DNA of 36,709 nucleotides, from positions 1 to 36,709 of the forward strand of contig JBILDU010000018.1 of assembly GCA_044352465.1 (NCBI GenBank), read 5' to 3'. The DNA comes from Bdellovibrionota bacterium (GTDB taxonomy: Bacteria; Bdellovibrionota_C; UBA2361). The notes under the pieces were generated by a model. That model was not told the DNA's origin, did not search any database, and saw only the letters and a list, made by a program, of their open reading frames with translations. The position numbers were made by a program, and so were the translations under genes. Shown here one piece after another: positions 1 through 9,109 of this stretch (positions within the stretch are counted from its first letter, which is position 1; each line of letters begins with the position of its first letter).

Positions 1-2
1 TT

Positions 3-1076
3 ACCCCGCTCGATGGTGCACTCGACACCCTGCAAGAGGACATCCTTGTCGCCGTTACTGAGCACCCTCTTCAGACCCTCGAGGTAGGTGGTGGCGTGAA
101 TTCGGAGTACGGCCTCCACATCTTCGGTGAGGGCCTCGACCGAGCGCTCTTTAAAGATGGCCGAACCGTGTCACTCCGAGTGGACACCTACTACGACAAA
201 GCTGCCGCTGAGGTGAGTAAAGGGATTGCGAGCCTCCGCTACGCCGATCCGTATTTCCTCCGTTCGAGTTACAGCTTGACCGAGGATCTTCGCTTCCAGC
301 GCCTCGATCAGACCACCCAAGAATTCAACCTTGATCGCGTTTCCTTCTCATCCTCACTGTATCGTTCATGGGAAGGTGGAATTACCCACGTCTTCGGACA
401 CACCCTCCTGTCGGAAAATCTCGATGACGTTTCACCCGGAGCGATTGTCGGTGACTTTGACGAGGGTTCGGTACGCCTAGGCTACCTCTCGGGATTATTG
501 ACTTTGGATAACCGTGATAGCCCCCTTGATCCCCGCGCGGGAAATACCCTGTCCCTCGACTACAAAATCGCGAGTCCGTTCTTGGGCTCAGAGGCTGACT
601 TTTTCAATATGGGAGGGCGTTTCACTCTGATCCAGCCCCTTCCGTTTGAGCGCTTCTCCCTCGCATTCGCGAGCCGCGTGGAGACTGGGTGGACTTATGG
701 GGATACGGATGAGGTACCGATAAGTCAGCGTTTTTACCTCGGTGGACGAAACTCGATCAGAGGATTCAGAGAAAACTCCTTGGGACCCCGCGGGGCTGAC
801 GGTGCCGTTATCGGCGGAGACCTCCTTGTCGGGAATAACCTCGAGGCACGCTACCTCATGACGGATAGTTCAGCAGTTCACCTCTTCTTTGATGCTGGCA
901 CAGTTTATCTCAGGGACCTCGGCGTTTCTGGGGATGATATGCGTTACAGCACCGGTATCGGATTTCGATTTCTTTCCCCGCTCGGACCGATCGGCTTCGA
1001 CATCGGCCATCCACTTGATGAGCGTAGCGGCGAACCGTCACTCCGGTTTCATTTTTCCATCGGCTCGAATTTCTAG
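3..1076 (+). CDS. BamA/TamA (Omp85) family outer-membrane beta-barrel protein, 5'-truncated by the window edge
   Basis: The frame is open from position 3 (TPLDGALDTLQEDILVAVTEHPLQTLEVGGG...). It has the Omp85 loop-6 motif RFYLGGRNSIRGF, the segments DNRDSPLDP and SPLGPIGFDIG, and a C-terminal beta-signal ending in Phe (FHFSIGSNF). Confidence 0.9.
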   Translation, partial: TPLDGALDTLQEDILVAVTEHPLQTLEVGGGVNSEYGLHIFGEGLDRALFKDGRTVSLRVDTYYDKAAAEVSKGIASLRYADPYFLRSSYSLTEDLRFQRLDQTTQEFNLDRVSFSSSLYRSWEGGITHVFGHTLLSENLDDVSPGAIVGDFDEGSVRLGYLSGLLTLDNRDSPLDPRAGNTLSLDYKIASPFLGSEADFFNMGGRFTLIQPLPFERFSLAFASRVETGWTYGDTDEVPISQRFYLGGRNSIRGFRENSLGPRGADGAVIGGDLLVGNNLEARYLMTDSSAVHLFFDAGTVYLRDLGVSGDDMRYSTGIGFRFLSPLGPIGFDIGHPLDERSGEPSLRFHFSIGSNF

Positions 1077-1103
1077 AAGATCCAGAAGCACCCGCCGCCT
1101 CCG

Positions 1104-1127
1104 CTTCTCCGCTGAACCGGGGCTACT
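1104..1127 (-). repeat. Single REP-like copy, inverted relative to the upstream array, downstream of the RAYT gene
   Basis: The reverse complement reads AGTAGCCCCGGTTCAGCGGAGAAG; the array unit is AGTAGCCCCGGTGCAGGGGAAGAG. The first 12 nt are identical. Confidence 0.75.
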
Positions 1128-1277
1128 CCCACCCACGCCCCAAGCCGAGCGGCCCACTCGCCGAAACTAGTCAGATGGAGTCGATAGAAATATCACCGAC
1201 CACCCCGAAAAACCGTGCTATTAGATACACGTCCGCGCTGCGAGTCGGAAGTCGCGAAACTGATATAAGCAGAGCCC

Positions 1278-2267
1278 CTAGCGCCCAAAAGCGTTCGCGA
1301 GCTTCGGCATCGAGGGAGGAAACAACCCGGGAGGATACGGCACACTCACCTCTCCCATCTTCCACCGCTTTCGAACATCCCGCGCTTTCTCCATGAGCGC
1401 CCTAAAGAATTCGATGAATTCAACACGCACTCGGCGCTTCTCCGAAAGGCACCACATCCGCCGCCCTCTGCGTAACGGACGGTAAAAAAGATCAAAAACC
1501 TGCCCCACCAGCCGCTCTCGTCCTAGCACCGACTTATTCTCCCGGTCCCGGCGCTCCGCAGCCCGACTCTCCAGGAGCCGAATTCGCACGAGAAGCCGGT
1601 CATTAATCCGCTTCTGCTCCTCAGGTGTCCTGTATCCAAACGCCTCCAACCACGCATTCGGCTCGAGAGTAAATCTTTTAAATTCATTTGACTGGGCCAA
1701 TATATCTGCGGAGCGCTTCGTATACCCGCGCATGTTTTGAGCATCTTTCGGCAGGAGCGAGAAGTGATAACGCCGGACCCGCTTCCACCGCCTGGTGTGA
1801 ATCCCACTCTGAAATATCCGCCAGGAGGAGAATCCAGGGTATCGGTCGATCGAGGTCTCTAGGTTGTCTTTAGCTGGATTGGAATAGAGGTAGGCTATCG
1901 CTATCAGCGCTCGCAAGGGGGTAAGCACGATGGGACTATCGTACCCCTCGCACCATACGGTCCGTTTCTTACGTCCGAGGAGCCGATTGAGCATATGGGC
2001 AGACTCAGTCTTGAAGCACCGTATAAATGCGTCGACGTCATCGGGGTTTATCACCACCAAAATCATGTGAACATGAGTCGCCTCTACTACGAAGTGGCAG
2101 AGCCTCACGGGGTGAAGCTCTATCGCCCGGCCGAGGCAGCTTTGGAGAATCGCCTCGCACAAGGGGTTAGCGAGGAGTAACAGCCCCTCCTCTACACTGA
2201 ATGTGCAGAAAAGCACACTCCCGTGGGGATGGTACTTCATCTTTTTTCTAGACTTATATTTCGCCAT
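1278..2267 (-). mobile_element. REP-associated tyrosine transposase (RAYT/TnpA-REP, Y1 HUH family) with a long C-terminal extension
   Basis: HUH motif (FVVEATHVHMIL), a VWCEGYDS segment, a catalytic-Tyr helix with NP (AYLYSNPAKDNL) and YPGFSSW, matching the RAYT pattern YxxxNPxxxxL...YxxSS. GTAG repeats lie on both sides. Confidence 0.85.
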
Positions 2268-2390
2268 GCTCAGTTAATCGAAAAGTATCCGAGAAAGTTG
2301 CGTGCTGCCGCGGAAAAAGAGCAGTTCCGGCAAAGCGAAGTAGGTACCACCGATTCAGCAAGAAAAATGAAGGCTGAACGGCCGCTATGT

Positions 2391-2544
2391 GTAGCCCCGG
2401 TACACGATGCAGGAGAAAAAGAAGTAGCCCCGGTGCAGGGGAAGAGTAGCCCCGGTGCAGGGGAAGAGAGAGTAGCCCCGGTGCAGGGGAAAGAGTAGCC
2501 CCGGTGCAGGGGAAGAGAGTAGCCCCGGTGCGGGGGGAAAGAGA
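2391..2544 (+). repeat. Tandem head-to-tail array of six GTAG-footed REP-like units, consensus GTAGCCCCGGTGCAGGGGAA(GA)n
   Basis: GTAGCCCCGGT starts at 2391, 2424, 2446, 2472, 2495 and 2519 (periods 33, 22, 26, 23, 24). Copies 2-5 are identical over GTAGCCCCGGTGCAGGGGAA. A CCCC/GGGG mini-hairpin follows the GTAG, and the linkers are purine-only. Confidence 0.9.
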
Positions 2545-2757
2545 CGTCGTCTCGAAAAAGATCGTCCGGTTTACTTTTTTTATGTCAGGAAAATCAAGGG
2601 GTTGGGTGCTAGTTTGTTATTTTTGGGTCCTCCACGATTGAGGTCGCATCATAAACCACAAGGCTGGTGAACTCACCGTGGTGAGGCACCGTAACGGAGT
2701 TGTGAATTGTTTCGAAGGATCCCGGAGGGAACCGGTATCCGGAGCAGAGGTTCTGTT

Positions 2758-3837
2758 ATGATCACTGTCATCGTCATCGAAAACGGCGCAAGTCAGTCGA
2801 GTCTCCAAAAGACGGTCGGCGCAGTTGCGGCATCCCCTTCGGATAACATAATCGTTATCGGCTCACGACCGGAGGGCCTCGAAAGTGCCCACGTCGAGTT
2901 CATCTCGCCGAACGGCGAGTCCATGAGCGATATGTTACGGAATGGTGTCACCCGCGCTAAACACGAGCGAATCTTATTCGTCGATGCTCGCAGCCGAATC
3001 GACTCACGTCAGCTCATCGCGCTCATGAACAGCACCAACGGACGGCTTGGTGCAGTGGCTTACGCCTCACTTGAAATATCGGGTGAATGCGTCAGCATGC
3101 CGGAGATGGCGGTTGAGACCCTTGTCTCGACTCTCACCACCCAGACCAGCTGGCCCACCATCTTTGTCACCATGAAAACCGCCTTCGCCCAACGATTTCT
3201 GATAAATAGCACCGGAGCTACCCTTGGCGACGTGCTCGCTGAAGCGATGATTCAGGCGACGATCGAGGGTGAAGAGGTCGAACGCCTCAACTCTCAGGTC
3301 GAGATATCGTCATTTGATATCGCGAGCACCAACTGCGAGCTCACCAATGAACGTACCGCCGCGCTGCTGAAGCTCACAGTCAACAACTGTAATATCGAGG
3401 ACCTCTTTCCTCAGCACGCGTGGAAAGAGCACCAAGAGGAAAGCGCCGCCGCGGCCTACCACTCCTTGGCTGCGCTCTTCATTCGGTTTGGCGATTCCGA
3501 GTCAGCGCTCGAGTGCTTGAAGTTAAGCGATCAGCTTGAGGACAGCCCGCGCTCTCTTGCCCTTAAAGGCATCATCGCTTTTGACCGCGGCGAAACCCTC
3601 GGCGCGGTGGCCAACCTCGTGTCGAGCTTGCAGCAATACGAGCTCCGCAAGAAGAGTGACGGGAGCCATTACCTCTCGTTTGCGCCGAACAACCTTGAGC
3701 GTATCAACTCGAACCTCAACGCCGGTCTCCAAGCTCTGAACAAAAGGAATAACGAGGCCGCGCTGGAGCACTTCGCCGAGGCGGTAAACGACTTCGACAC
3801 GTTCTACACAGAGCACGGGGTAAAGATCACGAAGTAA
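2758..3837 (+). CDS. Degenerate GT2 (GT-A fold)-like domain fused to TPR-like helical repeats
   Basis: ATG 2758 follows GAGG. The N-terminus MITVIVI...NIIVIG...LRNGVTRAKHERILFVDARS follows the GT2 pattern (RNxG..A....ilf.DxD), but DxD reads DAR. The C-terminus has TPR-like helices (AAAAYHSLAALFIRFGDSESALECL; SPRSLALKGIIAFDRGETLGAVANL). Confidence 0.6.
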   Translation: MITVIVIENGASQSSLQKTVGAVAASPSDNIIVIGSRPEGLESAHVEFISPNGESMSDMLRNGVTRAKHERILFVDARSRIDSRQLIALMNSTNGRLGAVAYASLEISGECVSMPEMAVETLVSTLTTQTSWPTIFVTMKTAFAQRFLINSTGATLGDVLAEAMIQATIEGEEVERLNSQVEISSFDIASTNCELTNERTAALLKLTVNNCNIEDLFPQHAWKEHQEESAAAAYHSLAALFIRFGDSESALECLKLSDQLEDSPRSLALKGIIAFDRGETLGAVANLVSSLQQYELRKKSDGSHYLSFAPNNLERINSNLNAGLQALNKRNNEAALEHFAEAVNDFDTFYTEHGVKITK

Positions 3838-3860
3838 AGGATCACTCACCAAACCACTCC

Positions 3861-3894
3861 GGCCCTACCCGCGGCAATCGCCGTTGGTGGGGCC
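3861..3894 (+). other. GC-rich stem-loop after the GT2-TPR gene (terminator-like or stabilising hairpin)
   Basis: GGCCCTACC/GGTGGGGCC outer stem and GCGGC/GCCGT inner stem. A T4 run starts 6 nt downstream, so it is not a canonical U-tract. Confidence 0.4.
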
Positions 3895-4014
3895 AGAGCG
3901 TTTTGGGCGCCTCAGAGCAACGATTCCGTAGCACCGAGAGAGTGACATAACCCGCTGAAACTGCTATACCATTCAGTGAAAAACACCGCGATGTTCTCGC
4001 TCTAAAAAGCGAAA

Positions 4015-6288
4015 ATGCCGCGCCAAAAAGCGGAAGCGCTACGCGTGGAGAGAACTCCCCAAACCGGCCCCCTTTCATCGCCCCCCCCGACTCAAGGGGG
4101 TTGGTCTCACCTGTGCATCGGTCTCGGTATCGCCACGGTATGGCTGGGGGTGCTGGGGGCACCACTACGGATCTGGTCGAACTCCGGTACGAGCTTTATC
4201 CCCTCCGGCACGGTCGCGCTCATCGTCGCGCTGATCCTCTGTCTCGGTGGGATCGTCCTCGCTCGGGCGAAGCCGGCAGCGCTCGTTCCGGGCGCGATGT
4301 CCGGAGCAGTGGCTCTCGCGGCTCTATTTCTCTCGGATTGGCTCACGCGCCCCTACAGTCTCTTTCCTGGACCATCGATACGGGGGGAGGTCGTTCTCCT
4401 CGGGGCTGTGTGTTGGTGGCTCTTACGTCGCCAGGCGATGCGAGTTATTAATCTCTATGCGCTCATCGCCCCCGTCGTTCTTGCCGCAACTTTTTTGGAG
4501 GTCGCGGCTGGTCGAACGATATTTTCGGACGATCATCCCGTTTTTCTTTTCCGCCTTATATCGCTCAAAGAAAACTTTCCCCTGATTCCTTTTTACAATC
4601 CCCTTTGGAACGGCGGGATCGACGCGCGAGATTTTTTTGCCACGGGGGCGCTCAATGTCTTTATCCCCTTCTGGCCGTTGATTCGGTTCTTTGATGTAAC
4701 AACGATCTATAACTATATTGTTATCGGTATATTGTTTTTTCTTGGCCCCGCGGCAACCTACCTGGCGGTACGCCTTGAAAGACTCCCCTCACCTGCTGCA
4801 GCTATCGCGGTTATACTACATCTCTCGATGAGCCTCCTGTGGTATCGATGGGGACTCAAATACGGGACGATGGGTTTTGTGACAGCGGCGTCGCTCGCCC
4901 CGCTGAACGTTATCCTGGCAGCTCATATACTGTCTGCCGAACGTGAACTTTCGCGCCGCCTCATCATCCTCGCGATTTTTACCTTCTCCCTGATGGTATG
5001 TTGGAGCCTTGCGGGACTAGTACTCCTCCCCGCGATTATCGGGGGGATGGTGTTTATCCGTCGGGTTTGGCGAAAAAGAGGGATTCCTTTCCTGGTCATC
5101 GCTCTCCTGATGATAAATGTTCCGTGGATGGTGCTCTTTTGGTCAGTTTCGAACGTTGGAAATTTCGTTCAAGCCGAAAAGAAGAATGTAGTCGTTCATA
5201 CCGCGGAGAAGGAAACGAGCGCCTCTGCAACTCCCCGACCAGTCGAACCGCGCGCCTTTCGGCATCAAGCTAAAGGCTTCGATGTCAAAGAGAGCCTCAA
5301 GGTAATGCGCGAGAGCGCCATCTCCATGAACCCGCTCATTCTTGCCTTCGCCGTTCCCGGGCTTTTCCTCCTCACTCGCTCCACTCGAACGCTTCTGTTT
5401 TTTACCGGTGGCTGGCTCGTCTTCTTGGGAAGCGTCTGCGTCCCCCTGAAGCCCCAACTTGAGCTCGATCGAATGCTGCTGGTCTTGGGGCTTCTGGGAA
5501 CTATTCCCGCAAGCGTTGCTCTCGTCGCACTTTTTGAGCGGGCCGGAGGAGTGCCGCGAGGAATTCTGCCTCGCGCAGTTGGCGCGCTCGCCGGAGGGTT
5601 TCTTCTCACGAGCCCATTCCTCGTAAGCAGCATCTTACGCAACCGAACCCTTGAGCACTATTTCTTTGCAGAGCCGATCGTTGCTGCGATGGCTACGGCT
5701 ATTGAACGTTATGGTGGGGCCGGACGGGTACTCTACTCCGGGTTTGTCCTTCACGAACTGAGTGACGGACATCTCGCTCCACTCGTCTATTCAAGTGGCA
5801 AACCTCTCATCGCCTCGAGCTATGCCCACGACAAGTGGCGCTACGAACAGGTATTCCCGAAATATTTTATCGAACGCAAGGATGAGGGTATTCGCCGCTA
5901 CCTCGACCTCTATAACGTCACGGCGGTCTTTGCGCATGAACGAATGTGGCGTGAATACTTTAAAGCTCGCCCCACCGAGTACGTCGAGGTTTGGCGGGAA
6001 GGACGCTTTACCCTCTTCCAAAGACAACAAGGCTCGACAAGCTACTTCCTTGAGGGGGCGGGGGAAGTTGTGACACAACGGAGCAACGCAGTCGTATTTC
6101 GTCTGACCACTCCCGATGCAGTGATGAAGTTTAACTACTTCCCCTTCGTTGAGGTATCAGGCTGCTCAGTCAGCCCCGCAGAGGTCGACGGCGGCATTCG
6201 ATTTATCAAGCTCTCCGGATGTCCGCTCGGAACCGAATTGACGCTCAAGAGCGTTGGGCCATTAACCAGATTGGTTCACCATGAATAG
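4015..6288 (+). CDS. Polytopic membrane protein, probable GT-C glycosyltransferase (YfhO/PTPS-related-like)
   Basis: Many hydrophobic segments. The first large loop has an acidic motif followed by an aromatic/Pro motif (FSDDHPVF...PFYNPLWNGG). The soluble C-terminal domain contains YLDLYNVTAVF, which resembles YfhO-type proteins. Confidence 0.6.
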   Translation: MPRQKAEALRVERTPQTGPLSSPPPTQGGWSHLCIGLGIATVWLGVLGAPLRIWSNSGTSFIPSGTVALIVALILCLGGIVLARAKPAALVPGAMSGAVALAALFLSDWLTRPYSLFPGPSIRGEVVLLGAVCWWLLRRQAMRVINLYALIAPVVLAATFLEVAAGRTIFSDDHPVFLFRLISLKENFPLIPFYNPLWNGGIDARDFFATGALNVFIPFWPLIRFFDVTTIYNYIVIGILFFLGPAATYLAVRLERLPSPAAAIAVILHLSMSLLWYRWGLKYGTMGFVTAASLAPLNVILAAHILSAERELSRRLIILAIFTFSLMVCWSLAGLVLLPAIIGGMVFIRRVWRKRGIPFLVIALLMINVPWMVLFWSVSNVGNFVQAEKKNVVVHTAEKETSASATPRPVEPRAFRHQAKGFDVKESLKVMRESAISMNPLILAFAVPGLFLLTRSTRTLLFFTGGWLVFLGSVCVPLKPQLELDRMLLVLGLLGTIPASVALVALFERAGGVPRGILPRAVGALAGGFLLTSPFLVSSILRNRTLEHYFFAEPIVAAMATAIERYGGAGRVLYSGFVLHELSDGHLAPLVYSSGKPLIASSYAHDKWRYEQVFPKYFIERKDEGIRRYLDLYNVTAVFAHERMWREYFKARPTEYVEVWREGRFTLFQRQQGSTSYFLEGAGEVVTQRSNAVVFRLTTPDAVMKFNYFPFVEVSGCSVSPAEVDGGIRFIKLSGCPLGTELTLKSVGPLTRLVHHE

Positions 6289-8089
6289 GAAGAACATTTT
6301 TTTCCTCGGCCTGATGGGGTTTCTCCTCCTCCTTGCCGTCAAGTTCGGGTTAAGCGCGCGCACCGAATTTTTCTCCCCCATCGCATTTCCTCTCAGCAGT
6401 CTTCGTAGCGACACACCGTGGTTTCCGACCGTTCATCTTGGCAACAACGCCGCGATACCGTGGCGATTCGACCCGTTTATTGCTCGACTGGCGCTCCTCT
6501 GTCCTGCCCCCGAGACAGCACTGTACGGCTTCATGATCCTTTTTTATGGGCTCGGGGTCGCGACACTGTCCCTTCTTGTGGCTCCGACCACTGGACTTCG
6601 CTCGGCTGGTCTTTCTGCAACGATCGCCAGTGCTCTCCTTATGCACCTCTTTGGAAAGGACATCATCGTTCTCGGAGCTTTGGTATGGTGGCCGTGGGTG
6701 ACGCTGGCTGGCTTTCAAGCGCTGAAGGCGCCAGCCGGCCGAGTATTCCCTTTTTTGATAATCCTCTTTTTCTTCGCTCTCCGAGCTACCAAAAGTGGGA
6801 GCATTCTCGCTCCCTATATTATCGGCAGCGCCATCGTGCTGGCTTTTGGTATGGCTCGGGGCAAGGGCATCGCGGCGTCAATCCCGAGCCTTCTCACACC
6901 GCTCGTGGCATTTCTTCCTCTTGCCCTTATCTCCACTTTTAACCCAGTTCAACCACTCCCCGACTACCCAGTGGGTGCACGGGTTGTTCCCCCTGAGTCC
7001 GCATTCGGATTTGTTCGCGCCCTTGCGGGATTTGAGCGCGAGTTACCGGTCATCGATTACGCCGCAGTTGCGGCAGGATACAAGGGTTTGAGTATCACCC
7101 TCCTCTTCACCGCCGTATGGGGTTGGATCCTCACCCGGCGACAACGGCCCGTCACCGGTGTCCTCACACCCCTACTCTCCCTCGCGATTGCACTTGCCGC
7201 AAGCGCCGCGTGGGACACCCAAAGTGGACAATGGGGGCTCATCTCCCCCCTTCGTAGTCTTGGTCGAATCGTTCCGGAGCTCGGGCTCGCCCCACTAGTG
7301 CCACTAACGACCGCAATCGTGGTAACCCTCCTCATCATAGCGATGACCGTCGCCCAAAGGATAACGCCATTCATTGTCCTTGCGGTGATTATCCTCGGCG
7401 TCAACTTTCGCAGTGACCATCTCACCTGGTCGCTTCGTACCCCCCCGGGGACTGTGCACGGGGTCCCGCGCGACAGGGCGGAGCGAGCAACCTCGATCGT
7501 CGCTACGGCGGCTGACCCAGCGCAAACTCCGCTCACCAAGAACCTCCTCTCCCCGTCTGCCGGTGTTGTGATGCGAGAGGGTATCGAAGGGGCCTTTACT
7601 CGAGCGATCGGAGCTCGCGCTGATTTTCAGTCAGTGGTCGCGTTACTCGAGCGAATCGAGGTATCACATGGACACGAGCGAATCAGCGCATTACACGACG
7701 GTGATAAGAAGACCCGCTGGTCCCCGCAACGGGGAGTTCAACACGGGGATGAATGGCTCCGAATTTACTTTAAGACCCCTCTAGCGGTGGAGGAAATCGA
7801 GCTTGACCCGGGCGCTTTTGTGACCGACTCGCCGGGAGGATTACGTATCCTCGACTGCTCGAACGGCTCGCGCTCAGAGCTCGCTTCGATCCCACGGTGG
7901 CTCGGCCCACTGCGGAAAAGTGCCGGCGGGTTTTTATACTACGGCGATGCGCGCACGGTGCAAGTCCGACTTCAAGATTCTACCACGGTGAGCTGCCTTG
8001 AGGTACAGCAGACGAAGGCTGGTCGGCCAACCGACTGGTCTATCGCCGAGCTTCGTATTCTGAGAGCCCAAAGCGAATCAAATAATTAA
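6281..8089 (+). CDS. Polytopic membrane protein with a C-terminal discoidin/F5-8 type C (CBM32-like) domain
   Basis: About 10 hydrophobic segments, then ALHDGDKKTRWS...EWLRIYF...IELD...WSIAELRI, the discoidin signature. It overlaps the upstream gene by 8 nt, suggesting translational coupling. Confidence 0.65.
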   Translation: MNRKNIFFLGLMGFLLLLAVKFGLSARTEFFSPIAFPLSSLRSDTPWFPTVHLGNNAAIPWRFDPFIARLALLCPAPETALYGFMILFYGLGVATLSLLVAPTTGLRSAGLSATIASALLMHLFGKDIIVLGALVWWPWVTLAGFQALKAPAGRVFPFLIILFFFALRATKSGSILAPYIIGSAIVLAFGMARGKGIAASIPSLLTPLVAFLPLALISTFNPVQPLPDYPVGARVVPPESAFGFVRALAGFERELPVIDYAAVAAGYKGLSITLLFTAVWGWILTRRQRPVTGVLTPLLSLAIALAASAAWDTQSGQWGLISPLRSLGRIVPELGLAPLVPLTTAIVVTLLIIAMTVAQRITPFIVLAVIILGVNFRSDHLTWSLRTPPGTVHGVPRDRAERATSIVATAADPAQTPLTKNLLSPSAGVVMREGIEGAFTRAIGARADFQSVVALLERIEVSHGHERISALHDGDKKTRWSPQRGVQHGDEWLRIYFKTPLAVEEIELDPGAFVTDSPGGLRILDCSNGSRSELASIPRWLGPLRKSAGGFLYYGDARTVQVRLQDSTTVSCLEVQQTKAGRPTDWSIAELRILRAQSESNN

Positions 8090-8135
8090 TTCGCCCGCGC
8101 CGGCGCTCGAATCTTAGGCCCCTCAGTGCTCCAGA

Positions 8136-8633
8136 CTATTCGTTCACCGCAATCTTCTTCTCACGCGGCAGGGATTCCACCTTCGTCGAGAGATCGGGGT
8201 TCGCAGAGACTGTCGTGGCGATATTGTCGAGCACGCCATTAATAAACATCGGCGAATCAGGTGTACCGTAACGCTTGGCGATCTCAATCGCCTCGTTGAT
8301 AGAGACGCTCACGGGAATATCGCTCGCGAATAGAATCTCGAAAGTCGCGCTCCGCAGAATGTTCCGGTCAACCCGAGGCATGCGCGTGACGCTCCAGTGA
8401 GTCGATGCGGCTGAAATATGGCGATCAATCAGAGCGAGATGAGCACTGACCCCTTGAATAATCGACCGGGCAAACTCAACGTTTTCGCGCGCACTTGCGT
8501 CAACAACACTCAGCGCCTCAGGATTGTAGACAGCGAAATACAACGCCATCGCGGCGTCACTCCAGTCACCCAAGGTGTCACACTGATACAACGCCTGGAG
8601 GGCAGCTTCCCGAGCTTTACGGCGCGAGTTCAT
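8136..8633 (-). CDS. nusB: Transcription antitermination factor NusB
   Basis: [34 protein letters not shown] and FINGVLD. ATG 8633 overlaps the ribH stop (ATGA). Confidence 0.97.
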   Translation of the reverse strand: MNSRRKAREAALQALYQCDTLGDWSDAAMALYFAVYNPEALSVVDASARENVEFARSIIQGVSAHLALIDRHISAASTHWSVTRMPRVDRNILRSATFEILFASDIPVSVSINEAIEIAKRYGTPDSPMFINGVLDNIATTVSANPDLSTKVESLPREKKIAVNE

Positions 8634-9109
8634 AGTTTCAACTTCCCTACTTCCCGTCCTAAACTCACCATCTCGATCACCGCCATCGCGGCATCGCATC
8701 CCTTATTACCTGCTTTCGTGCCCGCGCGCTCGATCGCCTGCTCAATCGTGTCGGTCGTTAAGACACCGAACGCGACCGGAATTCCAAACTCCATCTGGAC
8801 ATTCGCAATCCCTTTGGCAGTCTCGGCACATACCAAGTCGTAGTGCGAGGTCGCGCCCCGAATGACCGCTCCGAGCGCTACGATCCCGTCGAAACGGCCG
8901 GTCTCCGCGAGCTTTCTACATGCCAACGGGATCTCAAAACTTCCGGGGACACGGACCATCGTAATATCCTCGCTCTTGCCACCATGTCTCACGATGGTAT
9001 CAGTGGCACCACTCACAAGATGCTCAACAACAAAACTGTTAAAGCGCGCCGCCACCACGGCGATCCGCATCCCCGCAGCGCTTAACTGTCCCTCGATCGA
9101 TTTGACCAT
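8630..9109 (-). CDS. ribH: 6,7-dimethyl-8-ribityllumazine synthase
   Basis: [29 protein letters not shown] and [10 protein letters not shown] motifs; AGGAGG ribosome-binding site. Confidence 0.98.
   Translation of the reverse strand: MVKSIEGQLSAAGMRIAVVAARFNSFVVEHLVSGATDTIVRHGGKSEDITMVRVPGSFEIPLACRKLAETGRFDGIVALGAVIRGATSHYDLVCAETAKGIANVQMEFGIPVAFGVLTTDTIEQAIERAGTKAGNKGCDAAMAVIEMVSLGREVGKLKL

Noticed and set aside
2268..2305. Sigma28-like promoter directly before the RAYT start (GCAACTTT-N11-TTCGATTA on the minus strand)
   Set aside because: There are too many mismatches to TAAAGTTT-N11-GCCGATAA to call it without a genome-specific motif model.
2223..2498. 91-aa ORF with VAPVQGK repeats
   Set aside because: It is a translation of the DNA repeat. 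The unit lengths (22, 26, 23, 24) are mostly not multiples of three, so there is no sign of coding constraint.
2391..2544. CRISPR array
   Set aside because: The units are about 20 nt with linkers of only a few purines, there are no unique 25-45-nt spacers, and no cas genes are present. The GTAG foot and adjacent RAYT explain it better.
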